A stretch of DNA of 37,235 nt. It comes from Myxococcota bacterium (GTDB taxonomy: Bacteria; Myxococcota_A; UBA9160; PR03). The notes under the pieces are model-generated. The model was given only the letters and a program-made list of their open reading frames with translations, was not told where the DNA came from and ran no database searches. Numbering within the stretch: position 1 is the first letter of the stretch; the number at the start of each line of letters is the position of its first letter. Shown piece after piece: positions 1-7,007 of the stretch. Where the stretch lies: positions 1-37,235 of the forward strand of contig JBFIML010000044.1 of NCBI GenBank assembly GCA_041611735.1, given 5' to 3'. The translations under genes and the position numbers were made by a program.

Positions 1-187
1 AGCTCAGGTGCAGGCCCCCCGTCACCTGGGCGAGGCCGGACCCGGCCACCGGGACGACCGTATTCGGATTGGAGTGCACGAGCTGGAGGGTGAGGGTGCC
101 CGTGAAGGCCAACGTGGCCGCGCCGGCGGGAGCCGCGGCGAAGGTGGCGAGGACGAGGAGACAAGCTCCGACTCGACGTAGGCGCAT
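1..187 (-). CDS. Secreted protein, N-terminal part only (runs off the left edge)
   Basis: Not in the ORF track because it has no stop in the window. ATG at 187 is preceded by GGGGGAGAG. It reads MRLRRVGACLLVLATFAAAPAGA|ATLAFTGTLTLQLVHSNPNTVVPVAGSGLAQVTGGLHLS..., a Sec signal peptide with an A-x-A site followed by a beta-rich mature region. Confidence 0.75.
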   Translation of the reverse strand, partial: MRLRRVGACLLVLATFAAAPAGAATLAFTGTLTLQLVHSNPNTVVPVAGSGLAQVTGGLHLS

Positions 188-229
188 GGTGCTCTCCCCC
201 GGGGCCTTTTCCCGACAGAGTGCACCCTA

Positions 230-1651
230 TCACGGCTCCCGGGCGGGGTACAAACGCGTGCGGCGCAGGGGGGCGTCGGCCGGCCACCTCCAGGGCCGGT
301 CCAGGAGCCAGAGCTCGAGGGAGGCCACCCGCCGCTCGGGATGCGCGCGGTTCCAGCGCCGCACCAGCCAGTCGGCGTAGAGCGCCCGCTGCGGCGCATG
401 CGAGCGGCGGGCCAGGTTGAGCTGGTACTTCCACCAGCGGTTGTTGCGGGAGCGGCGACGCGGCTGATCCCAGTCGAGGGGCGCTCCGTCGCGATGCAGG
501 TCCACGCGGCTGCCGTCCTCGAGCGTCGCCGCGAAGACCGCGTAGCGGTTCGTCATGGGGCGCGTCCAGAGCTCCCAACGCTGGTCCAGGCGCAGCAGCC
601 AGGTGGTGGTCCACATCGGCGTTGGGGTCCAGACGCGCCGGGCCGGGCGGTCCAGGGTGTAGAGGTTGTGGAGCAGGACGCACGCCAGCAGGTAGGCGGC
701 CAGGGCATTCGCGGCCAGCCGGAGCCCGCGACGTCGCGCCGGAGCCGCTGGCGGGATCGGGACTCCCAGGCGGTCCCACAGCCATCCCGGCAGGAAGGGG
801 ATCCAGGCCACGGCCATCACCACCGGGAAGAGTCCGATCTCGAAAGTGGCCCCGATCCCGACCAGATGGAAGCTCGCGAAGACGGCCACGGCGAGGGTGC
901 GGAGCTGCGGCGTCCAGAACGGGAAGAAGGCGAGCAGCACCCCCCAGCGCTCCAGCTGGAGGGCGAGCCAGCTCAGGACCGGAAGCGCCTCCGGCCAGCG
1001 CAGCAGCTGGCGGCCCAGGGGCGTCGCCACTCCCTCCACGCTCATGGCCTGGGCCAGGAAGGTGAGCTCCTGCCAGGGTGCCTCGCGGAGCTTGAAGAGG
1101 GCGGCGAGCGGGTAGATGAGCGCCACCTGGAGCAGCAGGGCCGCACTCGCCACCGAGACGACGGGGTTCCCTTCGCCGCCCTTCCCGGCCCGTCGCCGCG
1201 CGTCCAGAGAGGCGTGCGCGCCCAGGGGCAGGAAGATCGACCAGAAGAGCAGCAGGCGCAGCACCACGTCGCCCCCAGTGTTGACCAGGGGGTTCCTGGT
1301 GTGCAGCGAGATCAGCAGGAGCCAGGAAAGGAGCGTTGCCAGGCGCGTGTGCCAGCCCACCAGCAGTGCCGCGGCGCCCAGGCCGGCCAGGACGAAGAGC
1401 GTCGCCTGCCCGGCCACGCTCCCGGTCCACAGGTGGATGGACCAGAGCGGCCCCGCCGCCCCCACGAACTCCGCGTGGGCCGCGCGCGGTAGCACGCCGA
1501 AGTCGGTGTAGAAGGCCTCCAGGTCGGCGGCGCGCTGGATCCCGTCGACGAGGAGCAGCAGCGCGAGGGCGACCCGGAAGAGAGCGAGCGTGCGCAGGTC
1601 GATGCCGAGGAGCGGGCGGAGCTTCGGGGCGAGGGCGGGCAGGACGGACAC
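230..1651 (-). CDS. HTTM-domain membrane protein (vitamin K-dependent gamma-carboxylase-like TM domain)
   Basis: 473 aa, many TM helices. Motifs IDLRTLALFR, FYTDFGVLPR, SLHTRNPLVNTGGD..LRLLLFW..FLPLG..SLD, FHL.I..F.IGLFP and LRLDQRW are typical of bacterial HTTM proteins. Confidence 0.85.
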   Translation of the reverse strand: MSVLPALAPKLRPLLGIDLRTLALFRVALALLLLVDGIQRAADLEAFYTDFGVLPRAAHAEFVGAAGPLWSIHLWTGSVAGQATLFVLAGLGAAALLVGWHTRLATLLSWLLLISLHTRNPLVNTGGDVVLRLLLFWSIFLPLGAHASLDARRRAGKGGEGNPVVSVASAALLLQVALIYPLAALFKLREAPWQELTFLAQAMSVEGVATPLGRQLLRWPEALPVLSWLALQLERWGVLLAFFPFWTPQLRTLAVAVFASFHLVGIGATFEIGLFPVVMAVAWIPFLPGWLWDRLGVPIPPAAPARRRGLRLAANALAAYLLACVLLHNLYTLDRPARRVWTPTPMWTTTWLLRLDQRWELWTRPMTNRYAVFAATLEDGSRVDLHRDGAPLDWDQPRRRSRNNRWWKYQLNLARRSHAPQRALYADWLVRRWNRAHPERRVASLELWLLDRPWRWPADAPLRRTRLYPAREP

Positions 1652-1706
1652 CCCCGAGTCTAGTGGGACGCGGGCCGGACGGCCCGCTCGTGTACCCTCG
1701 CTCGTC

Positions 1707-2213
1707 GTGATCTACATCTGCAGCCTCGAGGAGATGGCGGGCCACGTGCGGGCACTGCGGCCCGGGCGGCTCGTCTCGCTGCTGGCGCCCGAGGAGCAGC
1801 CGCCCACGCCCCCCGAGATCCGCGCGGAGCTCCACCTGCGTGTCGGCCTGCACGACATCACGCAGCCCGTGGAGGGGATGCTCGCGCCCGAGGCCCATCA
1901 CCTGGCGGAGCTGGTGGACTTCCTGCGCGACGCGGGTCCCGACGAGAGTCTGCTGCTGCACTGCATGGCGGGGGTCAGCCGCTCCCCGGCAGCGGCGTTG
2001 GTGGCCCTGGCCCTCGCGAACCCGGGCCGCGAGGCGGAGGCGGCCGAGCGGCTGCGCCGGGTCGCTCCCCACGCCCAGCCGAACCGGCGCATGATCGCCC
2101 TGGCGGATGCGCTGCTCGGCCTGGAGGGGCGGCTGGTGGCGGCGCGGGAGGCCATGGGGCCCGCCGATCTGCTCCTGGCGGGGCCGCTCGTGCGCCTGCC
2201 CCGCGTCTTCTAG
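1707..2213 (+). CDS. Predicted protein-tyrosine/dual-specificity phosphatase-like protein (COG5350 type)
   Basis: GTG start at 1707, 168 aa. P-loop LLLHCMAGVSRSPAA (HCxxGxxRS), upstream acid loop LHDI, and C-terminal PNRRMIALADALLG. Confidence 0.85.
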   Translation: MIYICSLEEMAGHVRALRPGRLVSLLAPEEQPPTPPEIRAELHLRVGLHDITQPVEGMLAPEAHHLAELVDFLRDAGPDESLLLHCMAGVSRSPAAALVALALANPGREAEAAERLRRVAPHAQPNRRMIALADALLGLEGRLVAAREAMGPADLLLAGPLVRLPRVF

Positions 2214-3073
2214 ACAGGCGCGCGCCGTCGCCCGGCCAGGAGCGCGAGGCCGAGGCCGAGCAGCAGGCCCGTGCCGGGCTCCGGCACGAGGAGCGCGAAC
2301 AGGGCCGGGTCGTTCACGATGTAGCCGTCCAGGCCGAGCTGCACGGCCTGGGCCATCTTGGCGGGGGTCTCCGGGAGGAAGGGCTCCAGGTTCCAGGCGA
2401 AGGCCAGAAGCCCGCGGCCCTGGGCGTCGGCCAGCAGACCCGGAAACGTGTTGGTGTAGTTCTCGAAGACGAGCGAGATCCCGTCCACCCCCACGGCCTG
2501 CATGTGGTCCAGGAAGTCGGACGGGCCGATCCCGAACGTGGTGGCGGTCCACAGGATGCGCGCGCCCGGCAGCGCGGCGCGCACGTCCGCCACCTGGGCG
2601 TCGTTCCAGGCCGTCACCCACAGGTGCTCCAGGGGGAAGGCGGTGGTGGCAAGCGCCGCGGCGATCTCGCTCCCGAACAGGAGGCTCGACTTCTGGTCCA
2701 GCAGCAGCGGCCCCCGGGCGCGCGCCTCGAGCAGGGCTTCCTCCAGGGTCGGGATCGGCTCGTCCGCGAAGCCCGCGCCGAACCAGGAGCCGGCGTCGAG
2801 CTGGCGCAGCTCCGCCAGGGTGTGGGCGCCGACCAGACCGCTCCCGTCGGAGGTCCGCTCCAGGGTGTCGTCGTGGAAGATCACCACCTGGCCGTCCTGG
2901 CTCTTCTGCAGGTCGATCTCCACCCAGTCGGCGCCGGCCTCGAAGGCCCCGCGCAGGGCGGCCAGGGTGTTCTCCGGGAAGGCGGCCGAGTAGCCCCGGT
3001 GCCCCACGTTGAGGGGGACCGCGCCGGCCAGGGCGGGCCAGAGCAGCAGCAGGAGAGTCGCGGCGATGCGCAT
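2210..3073 (-). CDS. Secreted glycerophosphodiester phosphodiesterase with C-terminal PEP-CTERM sorting signal
   Basis: Signal peptide MRIAATLLLLLWPALAGA. GDPD motifs GHRG...PENTL, EIDLQKSQDG..VIFHD and IPTLEE. C-terminus VPEPGTGLLLGLGLALLAGRRR (PEP, TM helix, Arg cluster). Confidence 0.9.
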   Translation of the reverse strand: MRIAATLLLLLWPALAGAVPLNVGHRGYSAAFPENTLAALRGAFEAGADWVEIDLQKSQDGQVVIFHDDTLERTSDGSGLVGAHTLAELRQLDAGSWFGAGFADEPIPTLEEALLEARARGPLLLDQKSSLLFGSEIAAALATTAFPLEHLWVTAWNDAQVADVRAALPGARILWTATTFGIGPSDFLDHMQAVGVDGISLVFENYTNTFPGLLADAQGRGLLAFAWNLEPFLPETPAKMAQAVQLGLDGYIVNDPALFALLVPEPGTGLLLGLGLALLAGRRRAPV

Positions 3074-3086
3074 CGGCGGCTTGCGT

Positions 3087-3111
3087 CCCTTCCGAAAAGT
3101 GGTCGGAAGGG
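3087..3111. other. Inverted repeat (9-bp stem, 7-nt loop) just upstream of the GDPD gene
   Basis: CCCTTCCGA-AAAGTGG-TCGGAAGGG. On the minus strand the 3' arm carries the purine run GGAAGGG 13 nt before the ATG. Confidence 0.45.
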
Positions 3112-3160
3112 CGGGACGGTGGCGACCCTCCCTCGGGGGCGCCTCGGACCCGGCGCCCGC

Positions 3161-3379
3161 TCAGTACGAGACCTCGTGGCTCTCCCGGCGCAGCCGCAGG
3201 ATCCGCTGCCGCAGCTCGTCCTCGGTGCCCTCCGGGTCCTCGAAGCCGAAGAGCTGGCCGGCCAGGGACTCGATCTCCCACAGGAGCTCCCGGCCCAGCG
3301 GATCGAGCTGCGCCGACTCCCGGCACACCTTGGCGAGGGCGCGCAGCCGGCGTCCCCGACGCGTAGCCTCGGCTTCCAC
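3161..3379 (-). CDS. Small hypothetical protein (72 aa, charged, probably helical)
   Basis: GTG start with a strong SD (GGAGGAG) about 5 nt upstream. GC3-rich codons and E/R/L-rich composition, unlike the shadow ORFs. Confidence 0.65.
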   Translation of the reverse strand: MEAEATRRGRRLRALAKVCRESAQLDPLGRELLWEIESLAGQLFGFEDPEGTEDELRQRILRLRRESHEVSY

Positions 3380-3447
3380 TCATTCTCCTCCCCGCAGGAG
3401 TCCACCCCGGAGCCTACGCCACGCGGGCCGCTTCGTCGCGGCCTCGC

Positions 3448-3476
3448 AACCAAGACGCCCCGCCGAAGCGGGGCGT
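3448..3476 (-). terminator. Probable intrinsic terminator or very stable hairpin with a C(UUCG)G tetraloop
   Basis: Minus strand ACGCCCCGC-TTCG-GCGGGGCGT (9-bp stem) followed by CTTGGTT, a weak U tract. Confidence 0.55.
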
Positions 3477-3477
3477 G

Positions 3478-3559
3478 AGCGGAGGGCCGTTCGAGCGTCC
3501 ATGAACCGCCTGTGAGCGGACCTCGGGCACAACCTTTCGAGTGCCCGGCCCTCCACGCT
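3478..3559. ncRNA. Candidate structured RNA (three-way junction), family unknown
   Basis: Outer helix GGAGGGCC (3481-3488)/GGCCCTCC (3547-3554), extendable by AGC/GCT. It encloses hairpin GGGCAC/GTGCCC (3525-3546) and a bulged helix CGAG-GTCC/GGAC-CTCG (3492-3525). Folded by eye only. Confidence 0.4.
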
Positions 3560-3563
3560 GAAG

Positions 3564-4568
3564 CTAGGCACGCGGATCGTCGTGACAAGGGCCCGACGAC
3601 GCCCTGGCCGAAGGGTCGGCTGGGGGACCCGTACCCGTCGCAGACGCTTCGCCGAGCAGTCTGGCGAAGTCGAGGGCGTTGCGCACCGCGTAGTCGCCGT
3701 AGCAGTTGTTCATGAGCACGTGGACCTGCTGGGCCTGGGCAGCGAGGCGCCTGGCCGGCTCCAGCCACTCGCGCAGCTCCGCCTCCGAGTAGAGATACCG
3801 GAAGCGCTCCGCCGCCGTCAGGCCCGACGCCTCCCAGGTCTCGGCGTTGCGGCCGTGGAAGCGGATCAGGGCGAGCGGTGCCGTGCACGCCACCACCGGC
3901 GGCGTCGAGGAGCGGAAGCCCTGGGGCTCGTCCACCACCACGTAGGCCAGGCCCAGGCGCTCCAGGAGGGCCAGGGTGTCGCCGCGGGCGTCCTCCTCCA
4001 TCCAGCCGCCTCCCCGGAACTCCACGGCGAGGGGCCCGGGGAGCCGCTCCGCGAGCTCGTGCAGGGTGCGCCGGCTCGCCTGCGAGCGTCGGAACCAGCG
4101 CGGGAACTGGAAGAGCACGCAGCCGAGGCGGCCCGCCTCGGCCAGGGGACGTAGGGCCTCGTCGTGGAGCGCCCAGAGCCGCTCGCGGCCCGCCGGCGGG
4201 ACGGCGGAGAGGTAGACGCGCTCCTTCGCGCGCGCGCTCTTCGAGAGGAGCGCGCGCACCTCCGGCGGAAGGCTTCCGGTGGCCACCGGGTGCCGGGTCA
4301 GCAGCCCGTAGGCCTTCACGTCGAAGCGGAAGCCGGGGGGGGTGCGCTCCACCCAGAGCCGCGCGTTGCGCGCCGAGGGCGGGGCATAGTAGGTGGAGTC
4401 CACCTCCACCAGGGGAAAATGCCGCGCGTAGTGGCGGAGCCGTGCGGCGGGTGTGCGGACGTCGCGGGGATAGAAGCGACCGGAGGCGAGCAGGGAAGGG
4501 TCGGTCCAGCCGCAGGTGCCGTAGCAGACGTTCCCGATGGGGAGGGCAGCATGCGGGAGCCGCGTCAT
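3564..4568 (-). CDS. DUF72 (YecE-like) domain protein
   Basis: ATG at 4568. Motifs GTCGW, VEVDSTYY, FDVKAY..LTRH, LFQFP, AVEFR, DEPQ, IRFHGRN, RYLYS..EL and MNN...A..NA are the DUF72 pattern. Confidence 0.92.
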   Translation of the reverse strand: MTRLPHAALPIGNVCYGTCGWTDPSLLASGRFYPRDVRTPAARLRHYARHFPLVEVDSTYYAPPSARNARLWVERTPPGFRFDVKAYGLLTRHPVATGSLPPEVRALLSKSARAKERVYLSAVPPAGRERLWALHDEALRPLAEAGRLGCVLFQFPRWFRRSQASRRTLHELAERLPGPLAVEFRGGGWMEEDARGDTLALLERLGLAYVVVDEPQGFRSSTPPVVACTAPLALIRFHGRNAETWEASGLTAAERFRYLYSEAELREWLEPARRLAAQAQQVHVLMNNCYGDYAVRNALDFARLLGEASATGTGPPADPSARASSGPCHDDPRA

Positions 4569-4613
4569 GGGCGAGTCGGCTCGCACACGACGCGGCATCC
4601 CGGCGCGCGCGGA

Positions 4614-5081
4614 CTAGTCGTCGTACCCCGCCCACGGGCCGTAGCCGGACGCGCACGGCGCCCCGTGGTGGTAGTGGTGGTGCTCGTGGTGCACGACCCG
4701 AACCGGCGCATACCCATAGCCGGCATGGTAGCCGTGGCCCCGGTGCCGGTGATGGTGCTTCCAGCGCTTGTGGTGGTGCTTCCAGTGCTTGCGGTGCCCG
4801 GGCGGCACGTGCGCGTAGCCGTCGTGCCGCTCGTAGCGCCCGTACCCGTACGGTGCATGACCGCCGTGATGCGGGCCGCCGTACAAGATCGCGCCAACCA
4901 CGTGCTTGCCGGCGTTCACCGCCTCGTGGGCCGTGATCCGGCCCAGCTCGTCCTTGAAGCCGCGCTCGAACTCGTCCTTGGCCTGGGCCGAGGCCGGGGC
5001 GAGGAGCATCCACGCCCCCAGCGCGAAGACCGCCAGAGTCGCGCGCGCAGCCGTTCTCGAGACGCTCATGTGGGTCGCCAT
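4614..5081 (-). CDS. Secreted His/Gly/Tyr-rich protein
   Basis: Signal peptide ending APASAQA and SD-like AAGGGGGG upstream. About 26 His in 155 aa, including HWKHHHKRWKHHHRH and HHEHHHYHH. Confidence 0.75.
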   Translation of the reverse strand: MATHMSVSRTAARATLAVFALGAWMLLAPASAQAKDEFERGFKDELGRITAHEAVNAGKHVVGAILYGGPHHGGHAPYGYGRYERHDGYAHVPPGHRKHWKHHHKRWKHHHRHRGHGYHAGYGYAPVRVVHHEHHHYHHGAPCASGYGPWAGYDD

Positions 5082-5827
5082 GGGAACCCCCCTTGCCTTT
5101 CTGCCGAGCTCGTCTCTTCGAGTCTCAGCTTACCGGATTCGACCGCCGTCCTCCTCGCCCTATTCGCCGGGGGGTCCCACGGGGCGGCAGCCGGGGGACC
5201 CAAGGGTTCAGCGTTCCATCCGCTTCGGCCGGCGGGTCCCGCCTCGCTCCCCCAGCCGATCTGGAGCCCGTGGAAGGCGATCCAGGCGGCGAGCGAGAGG
5301 GCGTTCACCGCCACGAGCCCCACCCTACCGAGCCGATGTTGGAAGCGTCGCCACAACACCCACGAGGCCGCGGCCATGGCGAGGAGCTCGGCGAGCCCCA
5401 CCCGGGCCCCATGGTGTCGGGGGTCCCAGTAGGAGAACGGGCTCACGAAGCGCCAGTCACTCAACGGATACAGATGGCCGTGGGCGTCCTCGCGATGCAG
5501 CGGCAGGTCGCCCAGGGCGTGGAGCAGCAGGGCCGCGCAGAACAGGGCGGCGCCGCGGCTCCGGGTCCAGAGGGACGCGCCGAAGCCGAGCGCGGCCAGG
5601 GGAATCGAGTTGAAGAGGTCGAAGAAGGCCTGCCAGGAGCTCTCGAAGTACGCAGCGCCCCAGACGTGGGACTCGGGCGCGCCGAGGACGAGCTTCTGCC
5701 AGCCGTAGAAGAGGAAGAGGGGCAGGTCCGGCAGCAGCGAGCCGGTCAGGACCGGCGCAACGTGCCGGCGGTCGGGGCCTCGGGCGAGGAGCGCGACTCC
5801 GAGGACGGCATGGGCGGCGCTGTTCAC
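5066..5827 (-). CDS. Membrane-bound metal-dependent hydrolase-like protein
   Basis: N-terminal His (MNSAAH), GSLLPDL and LLHALGDLPLHREDAHGH..P...W...SP.SYWD motifs with TM helices, the layout of YdjM/Zn-phospholipase-C-like membrane hydrolases. The last ~60 aa look like a low-complexity extension. Confidence 0.7.
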   Translation of the reverse strand: MNSAAHAVLGVALLARGPDRRHVAPVLTGSLLPDLPLFLFYGWQKLVLGAPESHVWGAAYFESSWQAFFDLFNSIPLAALGFGASLWTRSRGAALFCAALLLHALGDLPLHREDAHGHLYPLSDWRFVSPFSYWDPRHHGARVGLAELLAMAAASWVLWRRFQHRLGRVGLVAVNALSLAAWIAFHGLQIGWGSEAGPAGRSGWNAEPLGPPAAAPWDPPANRARRTAVESGKLRLEETSSAERQGGFPWRPT

Positions 5828-5865
5828 GGCTCCATCAGTCTATCCACAGGGCTCGCCCCCAACCG

Positions 5866-5881
5866 TGTGAGCCGGATCACC
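5866..5881. promoter_or_regulatory. CRP/FNR-family-like operator
   Basis: TGTGA-GCCGGA-TCACC, a 9/10 match to TGTGA-N6-TCACA. It is centred about 31 bp upstream of a minus-strand TAGACT -10 hexamer (5842-5837) in front of the hydrolase gene. Confidence 0.35.
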
Positions 5882-6066
5882 CGCTGCACGGGCGCATCCG
5901 TCGAAGCTGGCGCCTGGGGAGCTTCAGGGGGGCGCTGCCGCGGCGCACGGACGGGCTCCCGGCGGCTCGAGGTGGCAGAGCGGGAACTGGCCCGCGAGCC
6001 ATGGACCCTCAACCCAGCGCACGGGGCCACCGATGGGGGGTCTCCGTCCGGACGGAAGGAACCCCC

Positions 6067-6183
6067 TTGAACCAGCCGCCCCGCCTCTTCGTGAGCTGCA
6101 TCCGCTGCGGGCGTTTGCACCCGCTGCCGTTCGTGCCCGAGACGAACCCCGTCTGCCCCCGCTGCGTCCGGCGACGTTCTTGA
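6067..6183 (+). CDS. Putative zinc-ribbon microprotein (38 aa; 60 aa if the ATG at 6001 is used)
   Basis: SD-like GGAAGGA lies 6 nt before TTG at 6067. Sequence MNQPPRLFVSCIRCGRLHPLPFVPETNPVCPRCVRRRS has two CxxC pairs and GC3-rich codons. Confidence 0.55.
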   Translation: MNQPPRLFVSCIRCGRLHPLPFVPETNPVCPRCVRRRS

Positions 6184-6196
6184 CGTCAAGAACGTC
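6173..6196. repeat. Perfect 24-bp palindrome spanning two convergent stop codons
   Basis: GACGTTCTTGAC|GTCAAGAACGTC. It extends by four more pairs after one mismatch (6168-6201). Confidence 0.9.
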
Positions 6197-7007
6197 CCCG
6201 GCGGAGCAGGGCGGAGAGGCCGTAGACGAGGGCGGCGAGCAGGACGATGAGCGGGCCGGGGGGGGCCGACAGGCCGAAGGCGTCGGAGAGACCCCAGGAC
6301 AGGAAGAGCCCGGCCGTCGTGCAGAGCGCGCTCACCGCCGTGGCCACCGCCATCATGGCGCGCAGGCCACTCGTCCACTGGCGGCCCACCGCCGCCGGCA
6401 CCGTGAGCAGGGCGATGGCCAGGATGACGCCCACCACCCGGATCAGGGTGACGATCGCCAGCGACGTGAGGGCCAGCAGGGTCAGCAAGACCGCTTCCAC
6501 GGGCACCCCCGCCACCTCGGCGAACTCCTCGTCGAAGGACACCGCCTGCAGCTCCTTCCAGAGCAGAGCCACCACGGCGACGATCACCACGTCGAGGACC
6601 GCCACCAGCTCCACGTAGCCCCAGGGCACGAAGAGCAGGCTCCCGAACAGGTAGCTGGTCAGGTCCGGGGCGTAGCCCGGTGCGAAGGCCACGAAGACGA
6701 TCCCGAGCGCCATGCCCACCGCCCACACCATGGACACGAGCGTGTCGAAGCCGGAAGGCAGGCGCCGGTGCGCGATGCCCACCAGGAGCCCCGCCAGCAG
6801 ACCGAAGCCGGCGGCACCGAGCATGGGATGGAAGCCGACCAGGTACCCGAAGCCGACCCCGCCGAAGGCCGCGTGGGACAGCCCGCCCGAGAGCGAGGCC
6901 AGCCGCTTGGCTACCACGTAGGTGCCGATCACCCCGCACGCGATGCTCGCCAGCAGCCCGGCCAGCAGCACGCGGCGGAAGAACGGCAGCTCGAGCGCCT
7001 CGATCAC
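6186..7007 (-). CDS. znuB: Zn/Mn ABC transporter permease (ABC-3 family)
   Basis: GTG at 7007 overlaps the ATPase stop. Motifs GVIGTYVV, GLSHAAFGG, SYLFGSL, SFDEEFA...G and VGVILAIALL..PA. Confidence 0.92.
   Translation of the reverse strand: MIEALELPFFRRVLLAGLLASIACGVIGTYVVAKRLASLSGGLSHAAFGGVGFGYLVGFHPMLGAAGFGLLAGLLVGIAHRRLPSGFDTLVSMVWAVGMALGIVFVAFAPGYAPDLTSYLFGSLLFVPWGYVELVAVLDVVIVAVVALLWKELQAVSFDEEFAEVAGVPVEAVLLTLLALTSLAIVTLIRVVGVILAIALLTVPAAVGRQWTSGLRAMMAVATAVSALCTTAGLFLSWGLSDAFGLSAPPGPLIVLLAALVYGLSALLRRGRS

Noticed and set aside
3481-3555. tRNA-like look on the plus strand (GGAGGGCC...GGCCCTCCA with TTCGA in the last loop)
   Set aside because: There is no proper D arm, no 7-nt anticodon loop and no GTTCRA 7-nt T loop. 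It is kept only as an unclassified structured RNA candidate.
5066-5260. Low-complexity C-terminal tail of the hydrolase overlapping the next gene's start (possible lost stop or pseudogenisation)
   Set aside because: The core domain looks intact and such tails are common in high-GC genomes. It cannot be judged without homologue alignment.
5840-5848. DnaA-box-like CTATCCACA
   Set aside because: A single 8/9 match with no cluster or AT-rich unwinding element. It overlaps a more plausible -10 hexamer.
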